A DNA stretch of 64,000 bases from an uncultured Gammaproteobacteria bacterium (GTDB lineage Bacteria; Patescibacteriota; Microgenomatia; Levybacterales; UBA12049), in contig OZ246394.1 of the NCBI GenBank assembly GCA_965230895.1, positions 29,723 to 93,722 on the forward strand, in the 5' to 3' direction. Below are positions 28,827-37,532 of the stretch, piece by piece; positions within the stretch are counted from its first letter, which is position 1; every line of letters begins with the position of its first letter. The notes beneath the pieces were generated by a model, which did not search any database, was not told where the DNA came from, and was given only the letters and a program-made list of their open reading frames with translations. The position numbers were made by a program, and so were the translations under genes.

Positions 28827-30128
28827 ATGAGCCATCCTGAATCAAGACCAAATGGAGATCTGCGTTTCCAACGTACCTCATTTCGTGGAGAAGAGGCTTT
28901 GCCTCCACTTCCAGCAAAGATAGTAAGTCCTATCGAAGATAAGAAAGGCTTAGGTATCTCTTCCAGATTCAATGATCATAGATCTATCAAAGAAGGTCGA
29001 CGGATGCCACATACGAGGGTTACAGTTCAACTGCAAGAGGTTCCATTGATAGGAGATTTTGGTCATGTAGGATGGAAAAAAGGAGATACATCGACGAATA
29101 TGTTATCAACACATCCTGAGCTTGTAATAGATATGGTTGATCAAGGTCCTCTTGCATTGGATAAAGTCATTGCTGAAGGAGAGGATGTTACCGTCAATAC
29201 CGTCCATCTGCAAGATGCTCCCAAACCACATGTCGAATCTCCGCACGGATTATATATCATGCAAGTTGATGCAAAAAATGGTTTATTCCGTATGCATGAT
29301 GTTATCCCTGTTATTGCGGTTGATACAGCTACAGGTATAATGGATCAACCTTCTTTGGAAAAGCCTGAGAATGTCTATAATCTTCCTAATAGTGCTACTA
29401 CAATGGACGGGTTTATTTATCAAGGACTTAAGATAGCCGATCAGGTTCCAGCTGTCCATGATGTCTTCACCAATTTAGGATTTTCGTGGCAAGAATCTCT
29501 TCAAGTAACCCGTCCGGCCCCAACAGAACTTGTTAAACGAATGGATATGCTTCGTGAAACGGATACATCTTCAGGTCTCTATTATCCGGAATTAAAAGTA
29601 TTGCCAGTAGGAGATATTCCTCCTCAAGGATACCTAGAAGCTTATGCTGAGAATAAGTATCCTTTTGCTGCAAAAACATTTATGCATTATGATCACGATA
29701 TACCTTCTCACCATTTAGCTGCTTACATGGTATACGGTGAAATGGCTATGGATGTCTCAGTCCAATATAGTAGAGCAATCCTTGAATCAGACTACGCTAC
29801 ATTTGGCTATCTACCACATTTGCAGGGTGTTCCATTTGAAGGTGAGGCACGGCTTGGACATGCAGCATACGTAAATGATATTTTTACGACAGATTTAGGT
29901 AATATGGATTTACACGGTGAAGGTAGAGGGTTTGGTGTGTATGCAAATGTCCATAGCGATATAGTCAACACGCTTAAACAATCAGGCCGGCTTGGGGAAT
30001 TGAAATTAGTAGAATGGATGCAAGAGAATGGAATGGTGCGAGATTATATGGATATGACGGGTGAGGATCTGTTACAGGGTTTACTCGCTCAGTCTCGTGA
30101 ACGGTTGCTACAACCGCAAGGAGTTTAG
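28827..30128 (+). CDS. island leader-family protein, paralog of 37533-38717
   Basis: 'RFQRTSFRGEEALPPLPAKIVSPIED'; shares 'DTSSGLYYPE...LP...YLE[AS]YA..K[YH]P' and C-terminal blocks with the 37533 gene. Confidence 0.6.
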   Translation: MSHPESRPNGDLRFQRTSFRGEEALPPLPAKIVSPIEDKKGLGISSRFNDHRSIKEGRRMPHTRVTVQLQEVPLIGDFGHVGWKKGDTSTNMLSTHPELVIDMVDQGPLALDKVIAEGEDVTVNTVHLQDAPKPHVESPHGLYIMQVDAKNGLFRMHDVIPVIAVDTATGIMDQPSLEKPENVYNLPNSATTMDGFIYQGLKIADQVPAVHDVFTNLGFSWQESLQVTRPAPTELVKRMDMLRETDTSSGLYYPELKVLPVGDIPPQGYLEAYAENKYPFAAKTFMHYDHDIPSHHLAAYMVYGEMAMDVSVQYSRAILESDYATFGYLPHLQGVPFEGEARLGHAAYVNDIFTTDLGNMDLHGEGRGFGVYANVHSDIVNTLKQSGRLGELKLVEWMQENGMVRDYMDMTGEDLLQGLLAQSRERLLQPQGV

Positions 30129-30130
30129 TT

Positions 30131-31156
30131 ATGAGAGAAATCAATGGGCCAAGCGAGTTTCCAGCTATAGGGGCCTTTCAACAAGGGGAAGTCCGTCCAG
30201 CGCTCCCAAAACATATTGTGAGCGCTGATAAAGCAGGGACTAGTCATCCAGTACCTGCCAGAAAACAAGCCTCAATAGTCGAAGGTTACTTTGGTCCAAC
30301 TTGGAAAGATAGAACTGTTGCGAAACTTGTCAGTGAGAAAATGGTTAGAGAAGGAGTCGTAGATGAAAGAAACACTCCAGCTGGTGAGAACCCAAAATAT
30401 TTTACACTCTACGATTCTCCTTTAGAAAATACTGATTCCGAATCTTCTTCAAATGAAAATAATGGTCAACCAGCTTCTTATGGAAAAAGTTTTGAAGGAA
30501 TACCCCCTGATTATAAATCATTGAAAGAATACCTTGATGAATCCCTCCCCGAGCATCCCGTAGGTATCGATATTGGCGGAACAGGGAGTAAACTATTTCG
30601 AGGGTTTGATAAGCCTTTTGCCTTATCGCTTGGTCTCACACTTGTGGATAGGCGTGATCCTGCTACGCAACAATTGGATGCAAGCAGAGGCCATGGAGTT
30701 ATAGAAGGTGATATCCAATCAAATGCAGTGAAAGAAGCTGTGAAACGAAGCTTGGATGGTAGACAAGCTGATGTAATGTTCCTTCGTATGGGTGCTGGAG
30801 CAGATTACTTAGAGCAGAATCCTTATGCAATGGCAGACCATTTCAATGATTATTATCAGTTTCTTTCAGCTCAAAATGGGAAAATGTTTGTCGAAGTTCC
30901 TAAACTTCTTCTGCCTTTAACAAAGCAGTGGACATGGAAAGTTGGGACTGAGTTTGAGGGAAGGTTAGGCATAGTAAGCTCACCTTATTTAGAGGGATAT
31001 CTTGAACTCGAAAAACTCCCTGACGCACCAGAAGATATTCGAGATACCATGCTTCCGGCTCGCGATGTACGAGATACATATGATGTCTTTTTCGGTAAAA
31101 AGTTTAGCCAAGAGCGTTTTGAAAGAATCATTCTTGGGAGACCTTTGCGCCATTAA
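30131..31156 (+). CDS. island leader-family protein with GxGxG-containing domain
   Basis: 'PAIGAFQQGEVRPALPKHIVSADK'; 'VGIDIGGTGSKL' Rossmann/ASKHA-like glycine loop; operonic (3-nt gap). Confidence 0.5.
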   Translation: MREINGPSEFPAIGAFQQGEVRPALPKHIVSADKAGTSHPVPARKQASIVEGYFGPTWKDRTVAKLVSEKMVREGVVDERNTPAGENPKYFTLYDSPLENTDSESSSNENNGQPASYGKSFEGIPPDYKSLKEYLDESLPEHPVGIDIGGTGSKLFRGFDKPFALSLGLTLVDRRDPATQQLDASRGHGVIEGDIQSNAVKEAVKRSLDGRQADVMFLRMGAGADYLEQNPYAMADHFNDYYQFLSAQNGKMFVEVPKLLLPLTKQWTWKVGTEFEGRLGIVSSPYLEGYLELEKLPDAPEDIRDTMLPARDVRDTYDVFFGKKFSQERFERIILGRPLRH

Positions 31157-31298
31157 TATCAGTTCATTGCATTACATTTGGGTCTTGATACAACTGGTCG
31201 AAAAAGTATTCCACACGCTTTAACAATGGTATATCGTCCTCAAAAGTAGTCATCGTAATTCGACGACAGCTTTACTTTATGTGTTATACTACGTCATT

Positions 31299-32990
31299 AT
31301 GGCAGTACACAATGAATCATTCGATGGGAGTAGACAGTCAAAAGAAATCCGCCCAAGATCTTTCTCACAAGAAGCGACCGATGCACCTCCACCAAGAGTA
31401 AGAAGAATTGTTTCTCCAGACAAAGTTGCTGAATCAAGAGCTTTATCGAAACCAAGGCAAATTTTTCCATCAGTTACTGGAGAGACGACAAGAAGAGTTA
31501 GCCCTATGGACCGAGACGAATCGCCTGAAATTCATGCGTCTATTCCTCAGGACCAGATACCAGAAGAAGTTAAAACTCAGAACCAACCAATTCCACCTTC
31601 TGATCGATTGCCTCGTGATATTGTACAGCCTGATGAGATTGGAATACGTAGAGAGCCTAGAGATGAAAGAGTGCTTCCAAATGAACCTCATGACGAGCAG
31701 TCTCCTCAAGGAGACAAATTAGAGAAACTCGGGACGTACAGAAGAATAAGTAGATCTGCACGAGCAATTTATAGTTATCTTGAAAGAGTAGATGAGGCTG
31801 AAGAAACAGTAAACCAATATGGAGAAGTGCAACGTACTGCTTCGTGGAGTAATACATTGCGGGATGGAGACAGAATCACAACAATTACTTCATATCATCT
31901 CACGACTGACGGAAGCCTCGAGGGTTATGATGATAGATTAACACTAACAAGAAAAACCACGAATAGCATGCCTGACGGGGGGAGAATAATACGTGATACT
32001 TCATGGGTAATGCTTGGTGAAGGAACAGTGGTTGATTATGGGATTACGATAGCAGAGCCACCAGCAAAACTTCGTGGGACAACTGGTCCTGACGTTCCAG
32101 GTCCACGACATGCACTTCCAGAAGTAGAACTTCCTGGACAGAGAGATCCAGTAAGTGATAGTTTTCCTACTATTGGCAGAGCAGAACGATACGAGCCTCT
32201 CCAAGAACATAATGAACGGGTAGAACGAGGCGATCCTCGTGAAGGTAATGTTACGACTGCAGGAAGAGATGAGTTGATACGAATTCTTGAAGAACGAGCA
32301 GAAGGAACAATATTCCGAGTCGAGCATATCACCGAAGCTGCAGGTAAAGGGCCCGTAACCCTTGATAATCGTGCTCACGCGGCAGTACTCGGCACAAGTC
32401 TTGATGAGGTAATTGAGCTGATTCGTACAGGTGTGTTGAGAGAAACAGGTCCGGAGGATATTCATGCCGTACCTACACGAGTGTTGGAACCTGTCATCCA
32501 AACATTCAGTTCGGCTGCATCAAAACCTATACTTGATGCTCTTGAAGATCCAGCAGCAAGAGCTGAAGAATTGGGAGTAGCTGCTGGAAGAGATGCTCAG
32601 CTCCACGCGGCAAATAAAGCGCTTGGTTTGCCAATTGAAGATACAAGATTAGCTGGCTGGTTAGAACAGGCCGGAGCAGCATCTGATATTCCGGAAGAGC
32701 TTGGGTTGGCTACTGGCAGAGCAAATGCTGTTTATGAAGTCGCAAAGGAACGAAAAGGCTTTCTTCTTGCTATCGGAAATGCTGCCGCTCGGGCTAACGA
32801 TTTGCAAATTGCTCCCGGTGAACAAGGTGATTTTTCCGTACGTTTCCAAACAGGAGAAAATGGATTGCTCTATAAAATGATTTCAGGAATTCAGGCACTT
32901 GGACCTCAGGAAGAGGAGTTTATTAACGATTTGAGAACATCAAGAGATATCCAGGCTGTCCTCACAAAATGGGAAGCACCCATAGCATAA
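31299..32990 (+). CDS. island leader-family protein
   Basis: 'MAVHNESFDGSRQSKEIRPRSFSQEATDAPPPRVRRIVSPDK'; 'tgtgttatact' 8 nt upstream of ATG 31299. Confidence 0.6.
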   Translation: MAVHNESFDGSRQSKEIRPRSFSQEATDAPPPRVRRIVSPDKVAESRALSKPRQIFPSVTGETTRRVSPMDRDESPEIHASIPQDQIPEEVKTQNQPIPPSDRLPRDIVQPDEIGIRREPRDERVLPNEPHDEQSPQGDKLEKLGTYRRISRSARAIYSYLERVDEAEETVNQYGEVQRTASWSNTLRDGDRITTITSYHLTTDGSLEGYDDRLTLTRKTTNSMPDGGRIIRDTSWVMLGEGTVVDYGITIAEPPAKLRGTTGPDVPGPRHALPEVELPGQRDPVSDSFPTIGRAERYEPLQEHNERVERGDPREGNVTTAGRDELIRILEERAEGTIFRVEHITEAAGKGPVTLDNRAHAAVLGTSLDEVIELIRTGVLRETGPEDIHAVPTRVLEPVIQTFSSAASKPILDALEDPAARAEELGVAAGRDAQLHAANKALGLPIEDTRLAGWLEQAGAASDIPEELGLATGRANAVYEVAKERKGFLLAIGNAAARANDLQIAPGEQGDFSVRFQTGENGLLYKMISGIQALGPQEEEFINDLRTSRDIQAVLTKWEAPIA

Positions 32991-33047
32991 ACTATACTGA
33001 ACAATTACCGTTCTCATGCAAGGCTAAATGTGGTAAAATACGCCTTT

Positions 33048-34568
33048 ATGGAACTTGATAGAAGAGGTTTTGATAATGGAAAACCAGTAGGTAATGAAAC
33101 ACAGGGTTCATTTGGTCCCGGAAGTTCTGAATCCGTACCGGCAAGAACTCGGAAAGTTGTTTCCCCTGATAAAGTTGCAGGAAGAAACCGTCCAACTCCA
33201 GTGAGAAGACCTGTGGATCAAACTCCCCAAGAAACCCCAAGAGCATTTTTCAATATTGCGGAAAGATTAGGCTATCTTAGCCCTGAAGTTTGTTCTCTGC
33301 AGAGGGCACTTGATGCTGAGACCATTGACGTCGAACCAGATGGTGATGAAACAACTCCAGTACCGACAGCCTTAGACAATGTTATTGATCGGTTGGGCGG
33401 AGCGTTTACATTTGAAGCGCAGGCATTGCAGAGAGCAATGCTTCCTTCCGTGCCTGAACCTCCTGCACTTCCTGTAGCACCGAGTTCCAATAGACCGGCA
33501 ATCGAAGCAGTTGTGGGTAGTTTGGGAGGGAGTGAAACACCTGAAGCACAAGCACTATGGCGAGCCAACGAAGCTTCTGTACTGAAACCAGAAAGTAATG
33601 CTGAGCAATTGCCATTGCCTGAACACGGTGTCGATAAAATTGCTCCATTTGTTCAGACACATGGAAAAATTCACCCATCAGGAAGCTACCATAGCAATGC
33701 GAGTTTTGAGAATATAGACTTATACGTCAATCCGAGTACAGGTGATTTTATCGTAGTTGGTAATCAGCGAGCAAGAACAAAGGAAGATGATCCCACTACT
33801 GACTATGTAATTATTGATCCAGGAACAGGTACTCCTATAGCAGAGCCTGCTCGAACAATATGGCGCGTTAGCGAGAATTGGGTTGATACAAATGTAGGTG
33901 ATGAACGGAAAATGAAAGTTGTGGCAGCAGAAGATGCGGAAGTTCCTAATTGGCAGGATCGATTAAGATTTACAGAACCATATAAAAGATTTGACATTAC
34001 AGAACAACTTCCTACTCTGACTCCAGACGCATTGGTTGATCTTGCTGGTAGCATGGTTACTGATGGTGTACAACCTCGACTTGCACTGCGAGGTGTCATT
34101 GACGATGCTCGTGCGCAAGGCCATCAACCAAAACCAACAACGCCTCTCCGAAGTGATTTCAAGAAGAGTACCTTAAACCAACCGGAATACGCTCGACTCA
34201 ATCAGGTGCGAGTGGGACTTAACGCAACAGTACGTTTAGTTTCTTCGCTTATTCCTCGATCCGTTTTAGAAATGGAACAGCAATCATCTATTACTGACGC
34301 GCTCAATTTTGCTGCAGACGGATTTAAGAAAGAAGATTTTGCTGATTACAGCTATTGGACCGATGATCCCAAAACTGTTACAAATGTAGATATTGAAGAC
34401 GCACGTAACGCAGTGCGTAGATCACATGGCGAACTTTGGCAGCCAGAATCTTCGCCTAAGCAAACTATCATTGAAAATTACTTTGAGTACCTTATCACCC
34501 AGGCTGAAGCAAATGGGGGATTCATCACTGCTGATAAGATAAATGCAAAATTACTCAGCAGTGGATAA
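33048..34568 (+). CDS. island leader-family protein with internal 'LGG...EAQAL.RA' repeats
   Basis: 'MELDRRGFDNGKPVGNETQGSFGPGSSESVPARTRKVVSPDK'; 'tgtggtaaaat' 8 nt upstream. Confidence 0.6.
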   Translation: MELDRRGFDNGKPVGNETQGSFGPGSSESVPARTRKVVSPDKVAGRNRPTPVRRPVDQTPQETPRAFFNIAERLGYLSPEVCSLQRALDAETIDVEPDGDETTPVPTALDNVIDRLGGAFTFEAQALQRAMLPSVPEPPALPVAPSSNRPAIEAVVGSLGGSETPEAQALWRANEASVLKPESNAEQLPLPEHGVDKIAPFVQTHGKIHPSGSYHSNASFENIDLYVNPSTGDFIVVGNQRARTKEDDPTTDYVIIDPGTGTPIAEPARTIWRVSENWVDTNVGDERKMKVVAAEDAEVPNWQDRLRFTEPYKRFDITEQLPTLTPDALVDLAGSMVTDGVQPRLALRGVIDDARAQGHQPKPTTPLRSDFKKSTLNQPEYARLNQVRVGLNATVRLVSSLIPRSVLEMEQQSSITDALNFAADGFKKEDFADYSYWTDDPKTVTNVDIEDARNAVRRSHGELWQPESSPKQTIIENYFEYLITQAEANGGFITADKINAKLLSSG

Positions 34569-34614
34569 GACTTTTTAATAGAAAAGTCTTATAGTTTGTG
34601 GTAAACTACACGTG

Positions 34615-35835
34615 ATGCCAAATAATAGAGAATCATTTGAAGGTAAGCATCCTGCAGGAGACGTCAGTAGGTCCTTTGGTCCGACTACTCCCGACGGATC
34701 TCCACCACCGCTGAGAAGAATTGTTTCTCTTAATAAAGGAGAAAGAGGTGGGTCTGTATCCGCTATGGGTATTGATAATGGTAGTATTGATGTACCAGTG
34801 ACTCCCCAGTGGTGGAGACAGCCAAGTGCACAGAAAGAGAACGACATACAAGCCAATCCAGTTGTAGATTTTGCACTTAAGCATGTTGAATCAGTTGATG
34901 ATCTCCATGCTGAAACAGTCGAAGACGGTGCAAAGAAATTAGAATCAATAACGTCTTCAGCTCTTCGTAATATATCACTTGGAGAACCAGTAGGCGTAGG
35001 AGGTATATTTGATGTTCATACTATTCCTGGAGAACCTGACCTCGTTGTAAAACGCTTAAAAGCTCAGCAAGAATATGTAACTGTCGCTGAGGCAGACGAA
35101 GGGTTTGAAAAGCTTAGAGCGCAGCATCAAAAGTTTGTAGAAGCCTTCGGAGCTGATCACGTTCCTGCAACACAATTTGCAAAAATTGAGGATACGGATT
35201 TTGGAGATGCGCATAGGATAGCGCTTAATGGAGGAGAAAATGCCTTTTTTGCAGGGAGAGAATATGTAATGGTCCAAGAGAAATTGAGAGGTCTCCAATA
35301 TCAAGGAGTAACTGAGGATACTGAAGCCACCTTAAGAGATGCTGTGCAAGGATCAAGTGAAACAATGCGAGATCAAGTCAGAAGTTTTATCGAAAGATAT
35401 CGCCAATCACCGGTTCATCCTGATACAAATCAAGTTGTTTTTGATTTTACAGATGAGAAGGTCAGCATTGTAGACACCAATGCACCTTCTTCTACTACTT
35501 ATTACACTCACTTAAATTCCTATCTGCAAAAACTGGATATTGATCCAGCAAGTATAGTAAGTCAACAGCAATTAGCAGATGTAGTAATTGCAAATGTTCC
35601 TGAATTTGCGCATTTACAAGGAAGACCATGGGTCGAAATACGAGATATACTTCGCCCACGGTCAAGCCTACCCGCTAAAGCAGAAGCCGCAATCAATAAA
35701 AAATACAAACATGAAGGACCTGGCTCTGAGGGGTATGGTGACGATATGAATTTCTTATTGAGCGGGCTTGAAGATTTTCCGCCAGAGGGTGATAACAGAT
35801 ATGTTAGGACGTTAATTGATATATTTAGACTTTAA
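34615..35835 (+). CDS. island leader-family protein with protein kinase-like signatures
   Basis: 'MPNNRESFEGKHPAGDVSRSFGPTTPDGSPPPLRRIVSLN'; 'LVVKRLK' (beta3-Lys-like), 'VHPDTNQVVFDF...VSIVDTN' (HxD..N catalytic-loop-like plus metal-binding D). Confidence 0.5.
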   Translation: MPNNRESFEGKHPAGDVSRSFGPTTPDGSPPPLRRIVSLNKGERGGSVSAMGIDNGSIDVPVTPQWWRQPSAQKENDIQANPVVDFALKHVESVDDLHAETVEDGAKKLESITSSALRNISLGEPVGVGGIFDVHTIPGEPDLVVKRLKAQQEYVTVAEADEGFEKLRAQHQKFVEAFGADHVPATQFAKIEDTDFGDAHRIALNGGENAFFAGREYVMVQEKLRGLQYQGVTEDTEATLRDAVQGSSETMRDQVRSFIERYRQSPVHPDTNQVVFDFTDEKVSIVDTNAPSSTTYYTHLNSYLQKLDIDPASIVSQQQLADVVIANVPEFAHLQGRPWVEIRDILRPRSSLPAKAEAAINKKYKHEGPGSEGYGDDMNFLLSGLEDFPPEGDNRYVRTLIDIFRL

Positions 35836-35883
35836 GATTGTAATTTGTGATCATCTTTATTATCATTCATCAATGTTCTATGC

Positions 35884-36012
35884 TTGATATACTTAGCTCA
35901 TGAAAAATTATAGTTACGCATACCTCTCCAGATTGGAACGCAATTACCTCCATTTAGCTCTTAAAAAATACTTGGCTGGAATGATGTCAAGTTCAATTAT
36001 TTAAACCAGCAG
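35884..36012 (+). pseudogene. degraded duplicate of the DHH phosphoesterase 5' end plus upstream region
   Basis: About 85% identical over about 130 bp to 38748-38880; reads MKNYSYAYLSRLERNYLHLALKKYLAG..* versus MKIIVTHTSPDWDAITSVWLLKKYLAGW. Confidence 0.6.
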
Positions 36013-36120
36013 ATATTATTCCCAGCTATTGATAATTTCATCCTTAAAGATATATTAGAAATCGTGTAAAGGTAACCCAAATTGACTAGAAATATCTTAT
36101 AGTTTGTGATAAACTATAGT

Positions 36121-37494
36121 ATGGCTATTGGAGAATCTTTTGATAGTAGAAGACCCTCAAATGGTGAGACAGGCGGAAGATCATTTAGTGCGTCTATTCC
36201 AGAGGGGACACCTCCACCTTTGCGAAAAGTTGTATCGCCTGATACACGAGGAACTGGTGGGATTTCCCATGCTGCAAGACGTGTTGTGCCTCTTCCATCT
36301 CCTGACAGAGGTTATACACGGAAACATACAATACCTGCAGAAATTTCCGGAAGTGATATTACTGTTCCTGTTATTCCAACTACAGATACTTCGCCTCCAG
36401 ATCCCAAGCCCCGTTATGTACAAGAAAGAGAATTAGGTCATACTGTTACGTCAGTTCGTAAAGATGCCCAAGCCGTTGCAAGGGGAGTAGTCAGAGGAGT
36501 TGATCCAGAGAATGAAATGGGAGCAGCTGAAAGAACGAAATTATTCAATGATGAATGGAAGAAGATAGCAAGACAGAATGATGGTTTTGTTCAAGCCAGA
36601 GATACTTTAGCAGCTGGCCGTAGTGATGCTGCTCAGTTTACAGCCCATACTCACGCTTTTGATCCAGATACGCGTCCTGATCTCGAACAAGCTGCATCGC
36701 TTGGCGTATTACAAGCTGCTGAGAATTTCGATCCTGAGCGGTCTCAAAACTTTTTTATGCTTGCTTCTTTATCAGCTCAAAGTGAAGTTAACAGTGTCAT
36801 AAGAGGACAGCATCCCATCCATGTACCTCAACATGTTTTCCCAGAAAGAAAACAAGTACATACCGTAAATGATGTTTTAACACAAGAGCTACAAAGAGAA
36901 CCGACTGCACAAGAGATTGCAGAGAGAATGCATGAAGGATCTGATACTGATATCGATCCTGAGCGTGTAAGGTTATTGCTTCATTCTCCGGTATTTGATA
37001 GACATTTAATTCCTATTGGGACGAGTGATGTAACTGAAGGTTATCCAGTAGTTGATGAGGAGACTTTGCCGGATCAAGGCCGCCCAGTTGAAGACCACGC
37101 ACTTGATCAAGTGGAACTGCAGGGATTGATCGACAATGCTGGACTAACAGAGACAGAGGCATATGTACTTTTTCAACGATACGGGGAAGATCGGGAGAAT
37201 GGAGATATTGGTCAAGAATTATTTTATACTCCCCAAAGTATATCTCTAATTTCTCATGTAGCATTAGCAAAAATTAGAAACGCTGCAGGAATTCGACCTG
37301 ATGAAGAATCTTCTCGTAAAGGACAGCCTGCATCCTCAGCAGTCCTACAACGGAGAGCAGAATATTTACAACAAATGCGAGAACTACTCGATCCAGAAGA
37401 TCCAAAACCAAATGTGAAAGAATTAGCTGAGCAATTAGGAGTTTCTTTACGGACAGCATATAACTATTTAAATGAAATTAGGAGAGATCAATAA
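36121..37494 (+). CDS. RpoD-like sigma-70 family sigma factor with island leader and degenerate region 2.3/2.4
   Basis: Leader 'MAIGESFDSRRPSNGETGGRSFSASIPEGTPPPLRKVVSPD'; region 2.1/2.2 'FDPERSQNFFMLASLSAQSEV'; region 3 'IHVPQHVFPERKQVHTVNDVLTQELQREPTAQEIAERM'; region 4 'LTETEAYVLFQRYG...ELFYTPQSISLISHVALAKIRN'. Confidence 0.7.
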   Translation: MAIGESFDSRRPSNGETGGRSFSASIPEGTPPPLRKVVSPDTRGTGGISHAARRVVPLPSPDRGYTRKHTIPAEISGSDITVPVIPTTDTSPPDPKPRYVQERELGHTVTSVRKDAQAVARGVVRGVDPENEMGAAERTKLFNDEWKKIARQNDGFVQARDTLAAGRSDAAQFTAHTHAFDPDTRPDLEQAASLGVLQAAENFDPERSQNFFMLASLSAQSEVNSVIRGQHPIHVPQHVFPERKQVHTVNDVLTQELQREPTAQEIAERMHEGSDTDIDPERVRLLLHSPVFDRHLIPIGTSDVTEGYPVVDEETLPDQGRPVEDHALDQVELQGLIDNAGLTETEAYVLFQRYGEDRENGDIGQELFYTPQSISLISHVALAKIRNAAGIRPDEESSRKGQPASSAVLQRRAEYLQQMRELLDPEDPKPNVKELAEQLGVSLRTAYNYLNEIRRDQ

Positions 37495-37532
37495 CTCATT
37501 TTAGAGTCTTATAGTTTGTGTTAAAATAGCCT

